The notes under the pieces are model-generated. The model saw only the letters and a list, made by a program, of their open reading frames with translations, had not been told where the DNA came from and ran no database searches. Positions 45,636 through 55,780 of a stretch of 64,000 nt of DNA are shown here, in pieces. How positions within the stretch are numbered: position 1 is the first letter of the stretch; each line of letters begins with the position of its first letter. The stretch covers positions 14,005-78,004 of the forward strand of contig JAFQEF010000079.1 of the NCBI GenBank assembly GCA_017399165.1. Reading direction: 5' to 3'. The stretch is from Akkermansia sp. (lineage in GTDB: Bacteria > Verrucomicrobiota > Verrucomicrobiia > Verrucomicrobiales > Akkermansiaceae). Position numbers and translations under genes: made by a program.

Positions 45636-47012
45636 ATGAAGCATTGGATAAACGAGCTCAAATCTCAACTGGGTGACTGTGTCAGCACGGCACCCGATGT
45701 ATTGCAGGCACACGCCGGTGATAAATGGCACGCCGCAGCCCTGCCCCAAGCAGTAGTGTTGGCAGAATGCACGGAGCATGTGGCTGCAGCCATGAAGTTT
45801 GCGGTACAACACAACATCCCCGTAACGGCGCGCGGTGCCGGCGTGGGCTATGTGGGGGGGTGCGTACCCGTAAAGGGCGGCATCGTTATTTCCGTAGCAC
45901 GCATGCAACGCATCATCGAGGTTAATGCAGCAGATGGCGTTGCCGTGGTAGAGGCGGGTGTGCTTACGGCAGATTTACAAGAGGCGTGTCTGAAACAGGG
46001 GTGGTTCTACCCGCCGGATCCCGCCTCCCGCAAGGAGTCCAGCATAGGCGGTAACATTGCCACCAATGCAGGTGGCCCCCGTTGTCTCAAATACGGTGTC
46101 ACAAGGGCTTATGTGCTCGGTTTGCAAGTCGTATTGGCAGATGGCAGCGTACTCAACTGCGGTGGCAGAACCCATAAAAACAAGCAAGGATTTGATTTAG
46201 TAGGGCTCTTTTGCGGCAGTGAGGGCATGCTGGGTATCATCACTCAAGCCACGCTGCGCATCATCCCCGCCCCGCAGGCCCGCATGGCCCTGCATGCCAG
46301 TTTCCCGCAATTTGCTTTAGCTGCTGCTGCCGTACAAAACATTTTACAAGGCGGGCACCTGCCTGCAGCCATGGAAATTACGGATGCCTTTACCTTGTCC
46401 GCCGCTCGCAATCACTTGGGGCCGGGCATATTCCCCACGGATGCCCAGGGACACATTATTGTTGAAATAGACGGCAGAGAAGATGCTGTAAATGCAGAGC
46501 TTACCGACATAGAGGAAATCCTGAAACAAACGGGGGCCTCGCAAGTGGTAACAGCCCGCACGGAAACGGAGGTAGAAGCCATTTGGCGACTGCGCCGTGA
46601 GTTCTCCTACAGCCTCAAGGCAACCGGGCTTACCAAGTTGAATGAGGATATCGTTATACCCCGCTCGGCTCTGGTGAAGCTGGTAGAGTTCTGTGCAGCC
46701 ATGCAGCAGGAAACCGGTATACCCGTAGCCTGTTTCGGGCATTCGGGAGACGGCAATATCCACACCAACATTATGGTGCTCAAAGATGAAGAAGGCAAAG
46801 ATATACGCCCCCCTGCGGATGCCTTGGTACACAAGTTATTTGATTGGGTATTGGCACACGGTGGCAGCATTACGGGCGAGCACGGCATAGGGCTTGCTAA
46901 AGCACCCTGGTTTCACCAAGCCGTGGGTGCGGAGGCCATAGCCGTGCACAAGGCACTCAAAGCAGCGCTCGACCCGCAGGGGCTACTCAACCCCGGCAAA
47001 ATGGGGCTCTAA
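45636..47012 (+). CDS. FAD-linked oxidase (GlcD / D-lactate dehydrogenase-like)
   Basis: 458 aa with a PCMH-type FAD-binding domain (VTARGAGVGYVGG) and C-terminal GSITGEHGIGLAK. Confidence 0.8.
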   Translation: MKHWINELKSQLGDCVSTAPDVLQAHAGDKWHAAALPQAVVLAECTEHVAAAMKFAVQHNIPVTARGAGVGYVGGCVPVKGGIVISVARMQRIIEVNAADGVAVVEAGVLTADLQEACLKQGWFYPPDPASRKESSIGGNIATNAGGPRCLKYGVTRAYVLGLQVVLADGSVLNCGGRTHKNKQGFDLVGLFCGSEGMLGIITQATLRIIPAPQARMALHASFPQFALAAAAVQNILQGGHLPAAMEITDAFTLSAARNHLGPGIFPTDAQGHIIVEIDGREDAVNAELTDIEEILKQTGASQVVTARTETEVEAIWRLRREFSYSLKATGLTKLNEDIVIPRSALVKLVEFCAAMQQETGIPVACFGHSGDGNIHTNIMVLKDEEGKDIRPPADALVHKLFDWVLAHGGSITGEHGIGLAKAPWFHQAVGAEAIAVHKALKAALDPQGLLNPGKMGL

Positions 47013-47908
47013 GCCTTACCCCTCAAGCTCAGGAAAACGGCCTTAAGCAAACACGCATACACGGCCGATCTCTTGATTTTTACCTTCCCTTGCCCTAAGG
47101 TGCTCTTGCGGAGCAACTGTATGGTTTTCTTGCCGATGAGAGCCGGCAACATGGAGGCAAAGCGCAGTTTGAAAGTACCCAAGCGCCTGCTGTAGTCCAG
47201 CCCGTCGTTCATATACCGCTCCGCTCGGTTTAACCACTTATCGGGCTCTGAGCACAGGTAATGGCGACCACGGGCGGCATCTTCTTCCATATCTCGCAGA
47301 ATATTAATTAACTGCAAGCCTCTGCCATAGCGTATCCCGGCTTGGGTCATTAGCTCTCGGCGGGCGGGGGCACAAAAAGTCTCACCCATGGTAGTATAGC
47401 CCAAATCTGTCCAAAACTCACCAACACACCCCGCCACACGGTAGGTATAGGTGTGGGTTTGCTCATCATTTTGCACGGTATCATGCTCGGCAAACGCCAC
47501 CAAATCCCACACCTGCCCCTCAATAATGATAGAAAGCACCTTGCGAATCAGGGAGCGTTGCTCAGCATCAAAAGTTTCCAAAGCCTTCAAACAGGTAGCA
47601 AACTCACAGAGCAACGTTTTCTCTGACTCATGGCTCAACCCGGGTGCAATTTCATGTTGCAATACGCGGGTTAACGCGGGTTCCTGTTCCGTCTGCCCCG
47701 CTATCACGGCAGCCATGGTATGCAAAACATCCACACGTTTCTGAACATCTGCAGATGACGTATCGGCAACACTATCCGTAGCACGTGCAAGCATGTAGCC
47801 TAATGCTATGGCGGGGCGCATCTGCTTGGGCAGAAAGCGAATGGTAAGATAAAACGAGCGGGAAACCGCCTTCAGCAAATCACCTGTAACATCTGTAGCT
47901 TGCGACAT
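47009..47908 (-). CDS. squalene/phytoene synthase family protein (HpnC/HpnD/CrtB-like)
   Basis: From ATG 47908: SRSFYLTIRFLP and two Asp-rich motifs (ATDSVAD, LRDMEEDAARGR). Confidence 0.75.
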   Translation of the reverse strand: MSQATDVTGDLLKAVSRSFYLTIRFLPKQMRPAIALGYMLARATDSVADTSSADVQKRVDVLHTMAAVIAGQTEQEPALTRVLQHEIAPGLSHESEKTLLCEFATCLKALETFDAEQRSLIRKVLSIIIEGQVWDLVAFAEHDTVQNDEQTHTYTYRVAGCVGEFWTDLGYTTMGETFCAPARRELMTQAGIRYGRGLQLINILRDMEEDAARGRHYLCSEPDKWLNRAERYMNDGLDYSRRLGTFKLRFASMLPALIGKKTIQLLRKSTLGQGKVKIKRSAVYACLLKAVFLSLRGKA

Positions 47909-48012
47909 GGCTCCTGCATTATGCAGTAAAAAGCCCCCTCTGGCAAGGTATTTTTGCTGCTTTGTGCCTGTTTTTGCTTGAACCGTCACACTTTTAGGGG
48001 TATAAGTAAGTT

Positions 48013-48864
48013 ATGGCCGTACCGCAAAACACAATCGCACTTATCTTTGACTTTGACCAGACTCTCAGCCCCCACAACATGCAGGAGGACACCATCTTCC
48101 CCGAGTTCGGTATCAATGCTGAACTGTTTTGGAAAAAGTGCAACGACCGCAGTAAGCAAGAAGGTTGGGACGGCGAGCTCAGTTACCTTAAAGAGCTGCT
48201 CGATACACTCAGCATAGACGGTGTAAGCAACGAAACGCTGCGCGAGCTGGGCAAAAAACTCACCTTCTTCCGTGGCATACCGGAGTTTTTCCAAACGTTC
48301 GAGCAGCGAGCCCTCAGCCCGGAGCATCGCTTTGCCGGCATACACGTTGAGTTTTACATTATCTCCAGCGGCATTAAATCCATTATAGACGGCTCTATCA
48401 TACGCCCCTACATGAAAGAGGTATTTGCCTGCGAGTTCAGCGAGTCCAACGGCTGCATCAATTTCCCCAAACGCGTTATCTCTCATACCACTAAAACGCA
48501 ATTCCTGTTCCGCATCAACAAGGGCATGCTTGACTATACGGAGGATGTTAACGACCACATGGACAGCGATTTACGCCCCATCCCCTTCAAGCACATGATT
48601 TACTTGGGAGACGGGCCTACGGATGTACCCTGCTTTACCGTGATGCGCCAGCTGGGTGGCACCAGCATTGCCGTGTACAACCCCGGCGATGATTCCCGCA
48701 AGAGCTTCCGCAAATGCTATAACCTGAAATCCGGGCAACATAGGGTGGATTTCTTTGCACCCGCAGACTACCGCCAAGGCAGCCACCTCTCCAACATATT
48801 AGAGGAAACCGTGCGTAACATGGCAGATGCCATTCTTCACAACATGAGGCATGCAGATAAGTAA
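48013..48864 (+). CDS. HAD-superfamily hydrolase-like protein
   Basis: N-terminal [12 protein letters not shown] (DxDxT motif I) and a later [10 protein letters not shown] (motif IV-like). Confidence 0.6.
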   Translation: MAVPQNTIALIFDFDQTLSPHNMQEDTIFPEFGINAELFWKKCNDRSKQEGWDGELSYLKELLDTLSIDGVSNETLRELGKKLTFFRGIPEFFQTFEQRALSPEHRFAGIHVEFYIISSGIKSIIDGSIIRPYMKEVFACEFSESNGCINFPKRVISHTTKTQFLFRINKGMLDYTEDVNDHMDSDLRPIPFKHMIYLGDGPTDVPCFTVMRQLGGTSIAVYNPGDDSRKSFRKCYNLKSGQHRVDFFAPADYRQGSHLSNILEETVRNMADAILHNMRHADK

Positions 48865-48938
48865 AAGCTGACTCAATCTGACCTTTACAAACGGGGTCAA
48901 ATATGGTAGTTTCCTTGCTTTCACCGGCAGAAAACACC

Positions 48939-49850
48939 ATGAACCAGTTGCTTTCCATAGAAGAATTAACGGGAGACCAAATACGCGAGCTTCTTGCCTT
49001 GGGGCACAAGCTTAAGGCAGAGCGTGGTCACCACACAGCACAACCGCTTGCAGGCCAAACATGGGCACTAATTTTCTCCAAATCTTCTACCCGCACCCGC
49101 GTATCGTTTGAGGTGGGTATCTCCGAGCTTGGGGGGCGCCCCATGTTCCTCTCTACCAGAGACATTCAATTAGGCCGAGGGGAACCCATCAAAGACACGG
49201 CACGCGTGTTGGGCCGCATGATTCACGGTGCGGTTATTCGCACCTATGGGCAAGATGAGGTTGTAGATTTTGCTCAATACTCTAAACTCCCCACCATCAA
49301 TGCCCTGACAGATCAGGAGCACCCCTGCCAAATCCTTGCGGATTTGCTGACTCTGGAAGAAAAATATGGCGTAGGTGCGTGGAAAGACATGAAAATTGCC
49401 TTCTTGGGAGACGTGGATAACAACATGGGTCGCTCTTGGATGTGGGCTGCCAAACACCTTGGCTTTACACTCGCCTTAGCCGGCCCGGAGCATGCTCTGC
49501 CCAAGGCAGATACCTTAGCTGCGCTCGATTATGCCGGGCTTATCTGCACCACAGATGCCGAGCAAGCCGTGCGAGGTGCCACCATCATTAACACCGACAC
49601 ATGGATTTCCATGGGCCAAGAGGCTGAAAAAGGCACCAAGGAGAAAGCATTTTTCCCCTACCAAGTAAATGCAGAGCTGCTGCAACTTGCCGCCCCCGGC
49701 CACAGTGTATTCCACTGCCTGCCTGCTTACCGAGGTTATGAGATTACAGATGACGTGCTGGAATCCCACGCCCCGGTCATCTTTACCGAGGCGGAGAACC
49801 GCTTGCACGCGCAAAAAGCAGTGCTTTACACCTTAGCAACCTCTCGCTGA
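48939..49850 (+). CDS. argF: ornithine carbamoyltransferase
   Basis: From ATG 48939: SSTRTRVSFE, HPCQILAD and HCLPAYRG. Confidence 0.9.
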   Translation: MNQLLSIEELTGDQIRELLALGHKLKAERGHHTAQPLAGQTWALIFSKSSTRTRVSFEVGISELGGRPMFLSTRDIQLGRGEPIKDTARVLGRMIHGAVIRTYGQDEVVDFAQYSKLPTINALTDQEHPCQILADLLTLEEKYGVGAWKDMKIAFLGDVDNNMGRSWMWAAKHLGFTLALAGPEHALPKADTLAALDYAGLICTTDAEQAVRGATIINTDTWISMGQEAEKGTKEKAFFPYQVNAELLQLAAPGHSVFHCLPAYRGYEITDDVLESHAPVIFTEAENRLHAQKAVLYTLATSR

Positions 49851-49861
49851 CACCTCTTATC

Positions 49862-50272
49862 ATGAGTTACGACGAACGCATCGAAGCCTTGCTTGATGAC
49901 ATGTCCATCTTTGAGGATTGGACAGAGAAGTACGAGTTCATCATCTCTTTGGGCCGTAAGCTGCCCGCTTTGCCCGACAAATACCGCAAAAACACCAATC
50001 TCATCAAAGGTTGCCAAAGCCGCGTTTGGGTCGGCACGGAAATGAAAGATGGCAAAATGCAAATTATGGCAGACAGCGATTCCCTTATCACCAAGGGGCT
50101 CATTGCTCTGTTTATTCGCCTGCTCTCCGGCCTCACCCCGGCAGAGATTCAAGCGGCAAACCTGCACCGTTTGGATGAATGCGGGCTCAAAGAGCACTTA
50201 GCCTCTACCCGAGCCAACGCACTCTCTACCATGGCTGCCACCATTCAGAAAGCAGCAGCCGCCAACGCCTGA
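49862..50272 (+). CDS. sufE: cysteine desulfuration protein SufE
   Basis: 136 aa with the conserved KGCQSRVW active-site Cys region. Confidence 0.85.
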   Translation: MSYDERIEALLDDMSIFEDWTEKYEFIISLGRKLPALPDKYRKNTNLIKGCQSRVWVGTEMKDGKMQIMADSDSLITKGLIALFIRLLSGLTPAEIQAANLHRLDECGLKEHLASTRANALSTMAATIQKAAAANA

Positions 50273-50280
50273 GCATTTGC

Positions 50281-51162
50281 ATGAACCTGCTGGAAGCCAG
50301 AATTGCCGACCGCGAATCCCGCCTGCCCGCGCAAACCAATGCATACCGCGTGGCAGATGGCTCCCCGTGGCCGGATATCTTCATAGATGCTTTGGCAGAC
50401 AGGCTCTTGGTATCCCTGCGTAACACACAATTGCCGCGCGGGCTTAAGGAGCTGTTGCAACAAACGGGCCGCCCCGTTTACCTCAAACGCTTGGATAATG
50501 ATGTAAAAGTTGCCCCCATACACCTGTGCGGGCCACAGGCGGACCTCCGATTCCCCATTCTGGAAAACGGTGTACGCTACATCATTGATATGGCAGCAGG
50601 TTACTCACAGGGCATTTTTTTGGACCAACGGGATAACCGTGCAACCGTACGCCAACGCTGCCACAAAGGCATGACCCTGCTCAATACCTTTTCTTACACC
50701 GGGGCATTCTCTGTTTGTGCAGCATTGGCCGGGGCTACCACCACCACTTTAGACCTCGCGCAGCCCTGCCTCACATGGTGTAAAGAGAACATGGAGCTTA
50801 ACGGCATAGACCCCACTCAACATTTCTTCTGCAAGGGAGACACACTGCACTGGCTCGACCGCTTCGCCCGTCAAGGCCGCACGTTCGATGCCATCGTGCT
50901 GGATCCCCCCACCTTCTCGCGCGATGAAAAAGGCAAGATCTGGCGCGTTGAAAAAGACTACGGCAAACTCGTAGCCAAAGCCATGGCCTGCCTTGCCCCC
51001 GGTGGCTGGATGCTCTGCACCACCAACTGCCGCAAAGTTTCCACCGCAGATTTCCGTAAGCTCGTTGCCTCCGGTGCCCCCGGTGCCCAACTCACAGCCG
51101 CCCCCATGACCTTCGACTTCGACGGCGACCCATACCTTAAAACACTTTGGGTACATAAATGA
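50281..51162 (+). CDS. class I SAM-dependent methyltransferase, RlmI-family catalytic domain (no PUA domain)
   Basis: From ATG 50281: GIFLDQRDNR, LNTFSYTGAFSV and IVLDPPTFSR resemble E. coli RlmI (YYLDQRDSR, NCFSYTGGF, IVMDPPKF). Confidence 0.7.
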   Translation: MNLLEARIADRESRLPAQTNAYRVADGSPWPDIFIDALADRLLVSLRNTQLPRGLKELLQQTGRPVYLKRLDNDVKVAPIHLCGPQADLRFPILENGVRYIIDMAAGYSQGIFLDQRDNRATVRQRCHKGMTLLNTFSYTGAFSVCAALAGATTTTLDLAQPCLTWCKENMELNGIDPTQHFFCKGDTLHWLDRFARQGRTFDAIVLDPPTFSRDEKGKIWRVEKDYGKLVAKAMACLAPGGWMLCTTNCRKVSTADFRKLVASGAPGAQLTAAPMTFDFDGDPYLKTLWVHK

Positions 51163-51184
51163 GAGGATTTTTTCACTTTCAAAA

Positions 51185-51218
51185 GCCGCTGCTCTTGTCA
51201 TAAGGCAGCGGCTTTTTT
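51185..51218 (+). terminator. rho-independent terminator
   Basis: GCCGCTGC (51185-51192) / 12-nt loop / GCAGCGGC (51205-51212), then TTTTTT. Confidence 0.7.
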
Positions 51219-51332
51219 GGTGAGCAGACTGATAGAAAAACGGGCGAATGTGACGATATCTTCACACAAAACTGCTTGAACCCGGCAAGGGAAATATGCT
51301 ATGCTTTGCCTGTAAGGAAAACAGCAAGAGCC

Positions 51333-52022
51333 ATGGCCACGCGAATTCTGATAGTAGAGGATGAGGAGGATATAGCCGAGCTTGTCGCATTTAACCTGGA
51401 GCGGCAAGGGTGGCAAACGGCCATGGTACACCATGGTGCAGAAGCTATTGCGAAAATACGGGAGTGGCTGCCGGATATGGTAATTTTGGATATTATGCTG
51501 CCGGGTATGGATGGCTTGCAGATATACCGCAGCATGAAGGAATTCCCGCTCACAGACAAGATACCTGCCCTGTTTTTAACCGCCCGGGCCCAGTTAGAGG
51601 ACCGCTTGGCCGGCTTAAGCTTGGGGGCAGATGACTACATGACCAAGCCGTTCAGCCCTAAAGAGCTGGTGCTGCGTGTGCGCAACATATTGGCACGTAC
51701 GGATATGGCATCATCCCAACAACTGGTAGTGCGCAACGGCCCCATTGCGCTGGATAAAAACACACTTGCCGCCACAGTAGCAGGGGAACCGCTTGATTTG
51801 ACTACGGCAGAGTTTCGCTTGCTGGCGTACCTTATGGAGCGCCCGGGCAAGGTGCAGGACCGCTACAAATTGCAAACGGCCGTGTTTGGATATGCAGATA
51901 CCACACAATCCCGCGCTTTGGATACGCATGTGAAGCGACTGAGGCAGAAATTAGGCGAGCATGCCGGCTGCATCGGCACAGAGCGCGGTGTGGGGTATTA
52001 TTTTGCCAAGGTGGATGTTTAA
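51333..52022 (+). CDS. OmpR/PhoB-family response regulator
   Basis: From ATG 51333: RILIVEDEEDI and ILDIMLPGMDG (phospho-acceptor Asp) in the receiver domain. The winged-helix C-terminus carries VHVKRLRQKL and GVGYYF. Confidence 0.9.
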   Translation: MATRILIVEDEEDIAELVAFNLERQGWQTAMVHHGAEAIAKIREWLPDMVILDIMLPGMDGLQIYRSMKEFPLTDKIPALFLTARAQLEDRLAGLSLGADDYMTKPFSPKELVLRVRNILARTDMASSQQLVVRNGPIALDKNTLAATVAGEPLDLTTAEFRLLAYLMERPGKVQDRYKLQTAVFGYADTTQSRALDTHVKRLRQKLGEHAGCIGTERGVGYYFAKVDV

Positions 52023-52069
52023 ACCAAGTGGGAGACGCGTGAAAAATATCCTTTATTTGTCTTTACTGC

Positions 52070-52098
52070 TTGCTTTTGAAAAATAAATATGCTAGATT
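52070..52098 (+). promoter_or_regulatory. sigma70-like promoter candidate for corA
   Basis: TTGCTT (52070-52075), 17-nt spacer, TAGATT (52093-52098). GAGAGGA lies just upstream of ATG 52153. Confidence 0.3.
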
Positions 52099-52152
52099 AT
52101 GTGCGTACAGAGCGGGGTATAATAAGGGAAACATCTGCACCACGAGAGGACG

Positions 52153-53142
52153 ATGATTCGTATCTATTCACAGTCGGAGGAGGGAATCTCGCGCACGGTT
52201 GGCCTGGAAGAGCAGGAAAACCGTAAGGGTGATATTTTTTGGATTGATTTGCTTACACCTAATGCAGAGGAGCTGAGCTTTGCAGAAAAGCTTTGCGCCA
52301 TAGAGATGCCCACCAAGGATGAGATGCGAGAAATTGAGGCTACCTCTCGTCTGTATTGTGAGGACGGCGGCCGATTCATGACCACAACGGTGCTTTCCCG
52401 CGTAGAGACGGATGAGCCCATCATTGCAGAAATCACTTTTATTCTCAAAGAGAAGCTGCTTATTACCATTCGCCATACGGACTCCTACTCCTTCCGCGTG
52501 TTCTCTCACCAATTATTACGCCGCCAAACCACCAACCGAGATTTGGTATTCATAGGGCTGCTGGAGACCTTGGTAGACCGCCAGGCAGACGTGTTGGAGC
52601 GTTTCGGTACAGAGCTTGATACGCTCTCCAAAAAAGTATTCATCTCTCAACGCCGCCGCAAAGAGAAAGAGGAAACGCCCGATACGGATGACCTGCGAGA
52701 CGCCTTGGAAGAGCTGGGGCGCGTGGGTGACCTTATTACCCGACAGCGAGATGCCTTGGTAAACTTGCTGCGCCTTATCACCTTTGCCGGCAATGAGGAC
52801 TCTTGCATGAGCACGCACGATAGCTTGTATGTGCCGCTGCGCCCCGTGTCTCGAGACGTTAACTCCCTCTCGGAGTACGCATCGTTCCTCTCCAATAAAA
52901 TCAATTTCATGCTTGATGCGGTGTTGGGGCTCATTAACATTGAGCAGAACGACATTGTTAAAGTGTTCACCATCATGAGCGTGGTATTCTTACCCCCCAC
53001 GCTCATAGCCAGCATTTTCGGCATGAATTACCGCTACATCCCCTTCCTGGAGACAGAGTGGGGGTTCTGGCTCTCTCTCGTTCTCATGGTACTGGCCGGG
53101 GCCGTACCGCTCATCATATTCAAACTCAAACGATATATCTGA
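52153..53142 (+). CDS. corA: CorA-family magnesium/cobalt transporter
   Basis: 329 aa with two C-terminal TM helices and the GMN signature (FGMNYRYIPF). Confidence 0.9.
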   Translation: MIRIYSQSEEGISRTVGLEEQENRKGDIFWIDLLTPNAEELSFAEKLCAIEMPTKDEMREIEATSRLYCEDGGRFMTTTVLSRVETDEPIIAEITFILKEKLLITIRHTDSYSFRVFSHQLLRRQTTNRDLVFIGLLETLVDRQADVLERFGTELDTLSKKVFISQRRRKEKEETPDTDDLRDALEELGRVGDLITRQRDALVNLLRLITFAGNEDSCMSTHDSLYVPLRPVSRDVNSLSEYASFLSNKINFMLDAVLGLINIEQNDIVKVFTIMSVVFLPPTLIASIFGMNYRYIPFLETEWGFWLSLVLMVLAGAVPLIIFKLKRYI

Positions 53143-53146
53143 CGCC

Positions 53147-54055
53147 ATGATCAGCAAGCGCAAGGTAGACCAGCCCGAGCTGGAAATTCAGAAAGCCAAC
53201 ATCCTCGTAGAGGCGTTGCAATACATGCAGTCATACCGAGACAAAATGGTGCTCATCAAGTTCGGCGGCTCTGCCATGGATGACCCTGAGCTGGTGGAAT
53301 CCCTCATGAGAGATATTGTGGTGCTGGAGGCCATGGGGCTTAACCCCGTGGTGGTGCACGGCGGCGGCAAGGCTATCTCCAAAGCCATGGCAGAGGCCGG
53401 GCTGGAGGCCAAGTTTGTGAACGGGCTGCGTGTTACCACCCCCGAGGCCATCGATATTGTGGAGCGCACGCTCAGCGGCACCATTAACCCCGGTTTGGTG
53501 CGTATGATGCGAGAAGCAGGCGGCAAAGCCGTAGGCATACCCGGCACCAATGTATTTGTGGGTGAAAAGATTACAGAGAGAGATGCAGAGGGTAACCCGA
53601 TAGACATCGGCATGGTGGGGCAGGTTATCGGTTCCCTGCTCTCTCGTGTGGAAGAGGCGCTCTCCCTGCAAATCACCCCGATTATTTCCCCCTTGGCCAG
53701 AGAGCTGGGCACCAACCAAGCACTCAATGTAAATGCAGATCTTGCAGCTGCCGCCTTGGCCCGAGAGTTGAAACCCGTTAAGTTGATTTATATTTCTGAT
53801 GTTCCCGGGTTGATGTATGACCCCAAGGATCCCTCCACCATCATCAAGAGCATCAACCGCAAAGAGGCGGATGAGCTGATGAAGACGGGCATTATCTCCG
53901 GCGGTATGATTCCAAAGGTAAAGAGCGCCATAGATGCCCTGAACGCCGGTGTGCGCAAGGTGCACTTTATTGATGGCCGCCTGCCCCATACCCTGCTGCT
54001 GGAGATCTTTACCCCCGAGGGTATCGGCACGGAGATTGTGCGAGAGCAACGCTGA
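53147..54055 (+). CDS. argB: acetylglutamate kinase
   Basis: 302 aa with VLIKFGGSAM, VVHGGG and GGMIPKV motifs of the amino-acid kinase family, ArgB type. Confidence 0.9.
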   Translation: MISKRKVDQPELEIQKANILVEALQYMQSYRDKMVLIKFGGSAMDDPELVESLMRDIVVLEAMGLNPVVVHGGGKAISKAMAEAGLEAKFVNGLRVTTPEAIDIVERTLSGTINPGLVRMMREAGGKAVGIPGTNVFVGEKITERDAEGNPIDIGMVGQVIGSLLSRVEEALSLQITPIISPLARELGTNQALNVNADLAAAALARELKPVKLIYISDVPGLMYDPKDPSTIIKSINRKEADELMKTGIISGGMIPKVKSAIDALNAGVRKVHFIDGRLPHTLLLEIFTPEGIGTEIVREQR

Positions 54056-54070
54056 TACAAGCCACACGGT

Positions 54071-54916
54071 ATGAAGACCCCTGCATCCATTGGTGTACTT
54101 TCACCCATGCGCACACCGGAGTGCGTGCTGGTGATGCAGGAGCTTTTGCAAGCCTGCGAGCAGGCTGGGCTCATGGCATACGAGTATGGCCGCCATACCC
54201 AAACCGACCCCGTACTCGGTCGCCCGGAAGTACTCATTTGCTTGGGGGGAGACGGCACCATGCTGGGGCATGCTACTTTTGCTGCGCAACATGGTATCAC
54301 CTTGGGCGGCATCAACATGGGGCACCTGGGGTTTCTTACCGCAGCCGGTAGAGAAGAGGTACAAAGTTTGGTAGCAGCCTTGGCAAGCGGCACATACGGG
54401 GTTGAGAACCGAGTCATGCTCAGTGTGACCCGTTGTTGCTCTTCCCCCGATACCACACACGATTCCTTGTTGGCACTCAATGAAATCTCTTTAATGCGTG
54501 ACCAAACCGGCCGCATGATTGACGTGGATGTAGAGCTGGACGGCTGCCTGCTCAACCGCTACCATGCAGATGGTGTTTTGGTGGCCACGCCCACGGGGTC
54601 CACAGCCTACTCACTTTCTGCAGGGGGGCCCTTGTTATGGCCCACAGCGGAGGTGATGTGTTTAACCCCTATTTGCCCGCACAGCCTCACGAGCCGCCCC
54701 GTTGTGCTACCGGATGACGTAGAGATAACGCTTCGCCCGAGGGAGCGCCGAGGCCGCGCCGGGGAATCCCTCATTTACTCTGTGGATGGTCATGCCACAC
54801 GCCCCATCGCGCTGAACGAAACCCTCACCATACGCAAAGCGGCAACCTCCCTTAAACTACTCACCTTGCCCACGAGCGACTACGCAGCCCGTTTGCGAGC
54901 CAAGTTGGGGTGGTAA
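54071..54916 (+). CDS. nadK: NAD kinase
   Basis: 281 aa with the GGDGTML motif, NxGxLGFL and [16 protein letters not shown]. Confidence 0.9.
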   Translation: MKTPASIGVLSPMRTPECVLVMQELLQACEQAGLMAYEYGRHTQTDPVLGRPEVLICLGGDGTMLGHATFAAQHGITLGGINMGHLGFLTAAGREEVQSLVAALASGTYGVENRVMLSVTRCCSSPDTTHDSLLALNEISLMRDQTGRMIDVDVELDGCLLNRYHADGVLVATPTGSTAYSLSAGGPLLWPTAEVMCLTPICPHSLTSRPVVLPDDVEITLRPRERRGRAGESLIYSVDGHATRPIALNETLTIRKAATSLKLLTLPTSDYAARLRAKLGW

Positions 54917-54927
54917 CAAGCAGATTT

Positions 54928-55386
54928 TTACAGCTCTGCACCGCAAAGAGTCTTAAACAGCTCATCAAGCGCTTGCTGAAGCGCAGTTGAACCGTAACAG
55001 GGAGCATCCTGCATCATCATCAAATCCAAAGCTTTACCCACACCGGATTCTGCAATTTCTTTATTCTGTTCGTTATCTCCTTGCTGTAAAATATAGGCGC
55101 GAATAGATTTGGGTGCGGGCGGGAGATTCTGCTCTTCTTTTCGCAAGGTAATGAGGCGTTCATTTAAGGTGTGAACGCTTGCAACGGCAGCATCAGCACT
55201 GTCTTTGTCTTGCACCGTTGCTAAACACGTGACTAAGTCTTGAAGCACGCGTTGGTATGCTTGCTTCACCTGTAAATACGGGGCAGCTGCAATAGTCTTT
55301 GCGTTTTTCTTAACCGGCGGTAGTGCCTGCGCTGTTGCACAGGCAAATAACACACATACACTTGCTTGAAAAAACGCTTTCAGCAT
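54928..55386 (-). CDS. secreted hypothetical protein
   Basis: 152 aa with a signal peptide (MLKAFFQASVCVLFACATAQA). Lies 4 nt downstream of hup on the same strand. Confidence 0.55.
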   Translation of the reverse strand: MLKAFFQASVCVLFACATAQALPPVKKNAKTIAAAPYLQVKQAYQRVLQDLVTCLATVQDKDSADAAVASVHTLNERLITLRKEEQNLPPAPKSIRAYILQQGDNEQNKEIAESGVGKALDLMMMQDAPCYGSTALQQALDELFKTLCGAEL

Positions 55387-55390
55387 CTCA

Positions 55391-55660
55391 TTAATGCCCC
55401 TTAAGGGCTGCAGAAGGTTTAAAGCTTACCACGGCACTCTCAGGTATTTTTACAGCTTTGCCTGTTAAAGGATTTCTGCCGGTGCGGGCAGCGCGTCTCT
55501 TAGTCTCAAAGGTACCGAATCCCTGAATTTGAACTTTCTCCGTAACAACGGCCTTTGTAATGGCGGCCAAAGTGGCATTGAGAGCCTCTGTTGCGGCTTT
55601 GAGAGTAGCATCTTCCCCCATTTCGTGGCGAATAGCGTTAATGAGCTGAGTCTTGTTCAT
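55391..55660 (-). CDS. hup: HU-family DNA-binding protein
   Basis: From ATG 55660: MNKTQLINAI.. and GFGTFETKRRAARTGRNPLTGKAVKIP (HU/IHF arm). Confidence 0.9.
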   Translation of the reverse strand: MNKTQLINAIRHEMGEDATLKAATEALNATLAAITKAVVTEKVQIQGFGTFETKRRAARTGRNPLTGKAVKIPESAVVSFKPSAALKGH

Positions 55661-55780
55661 GGTTGAGATTTTGTGGCGTAAGTGCGCCAAGGGTACCACA
55701 CCCGCACTCACTTGACAAGCTAAAAATTAGGTTCTGTTATTTTTTCTTTGACTGTGGCAATGGGTAAAGGAACATCCACA

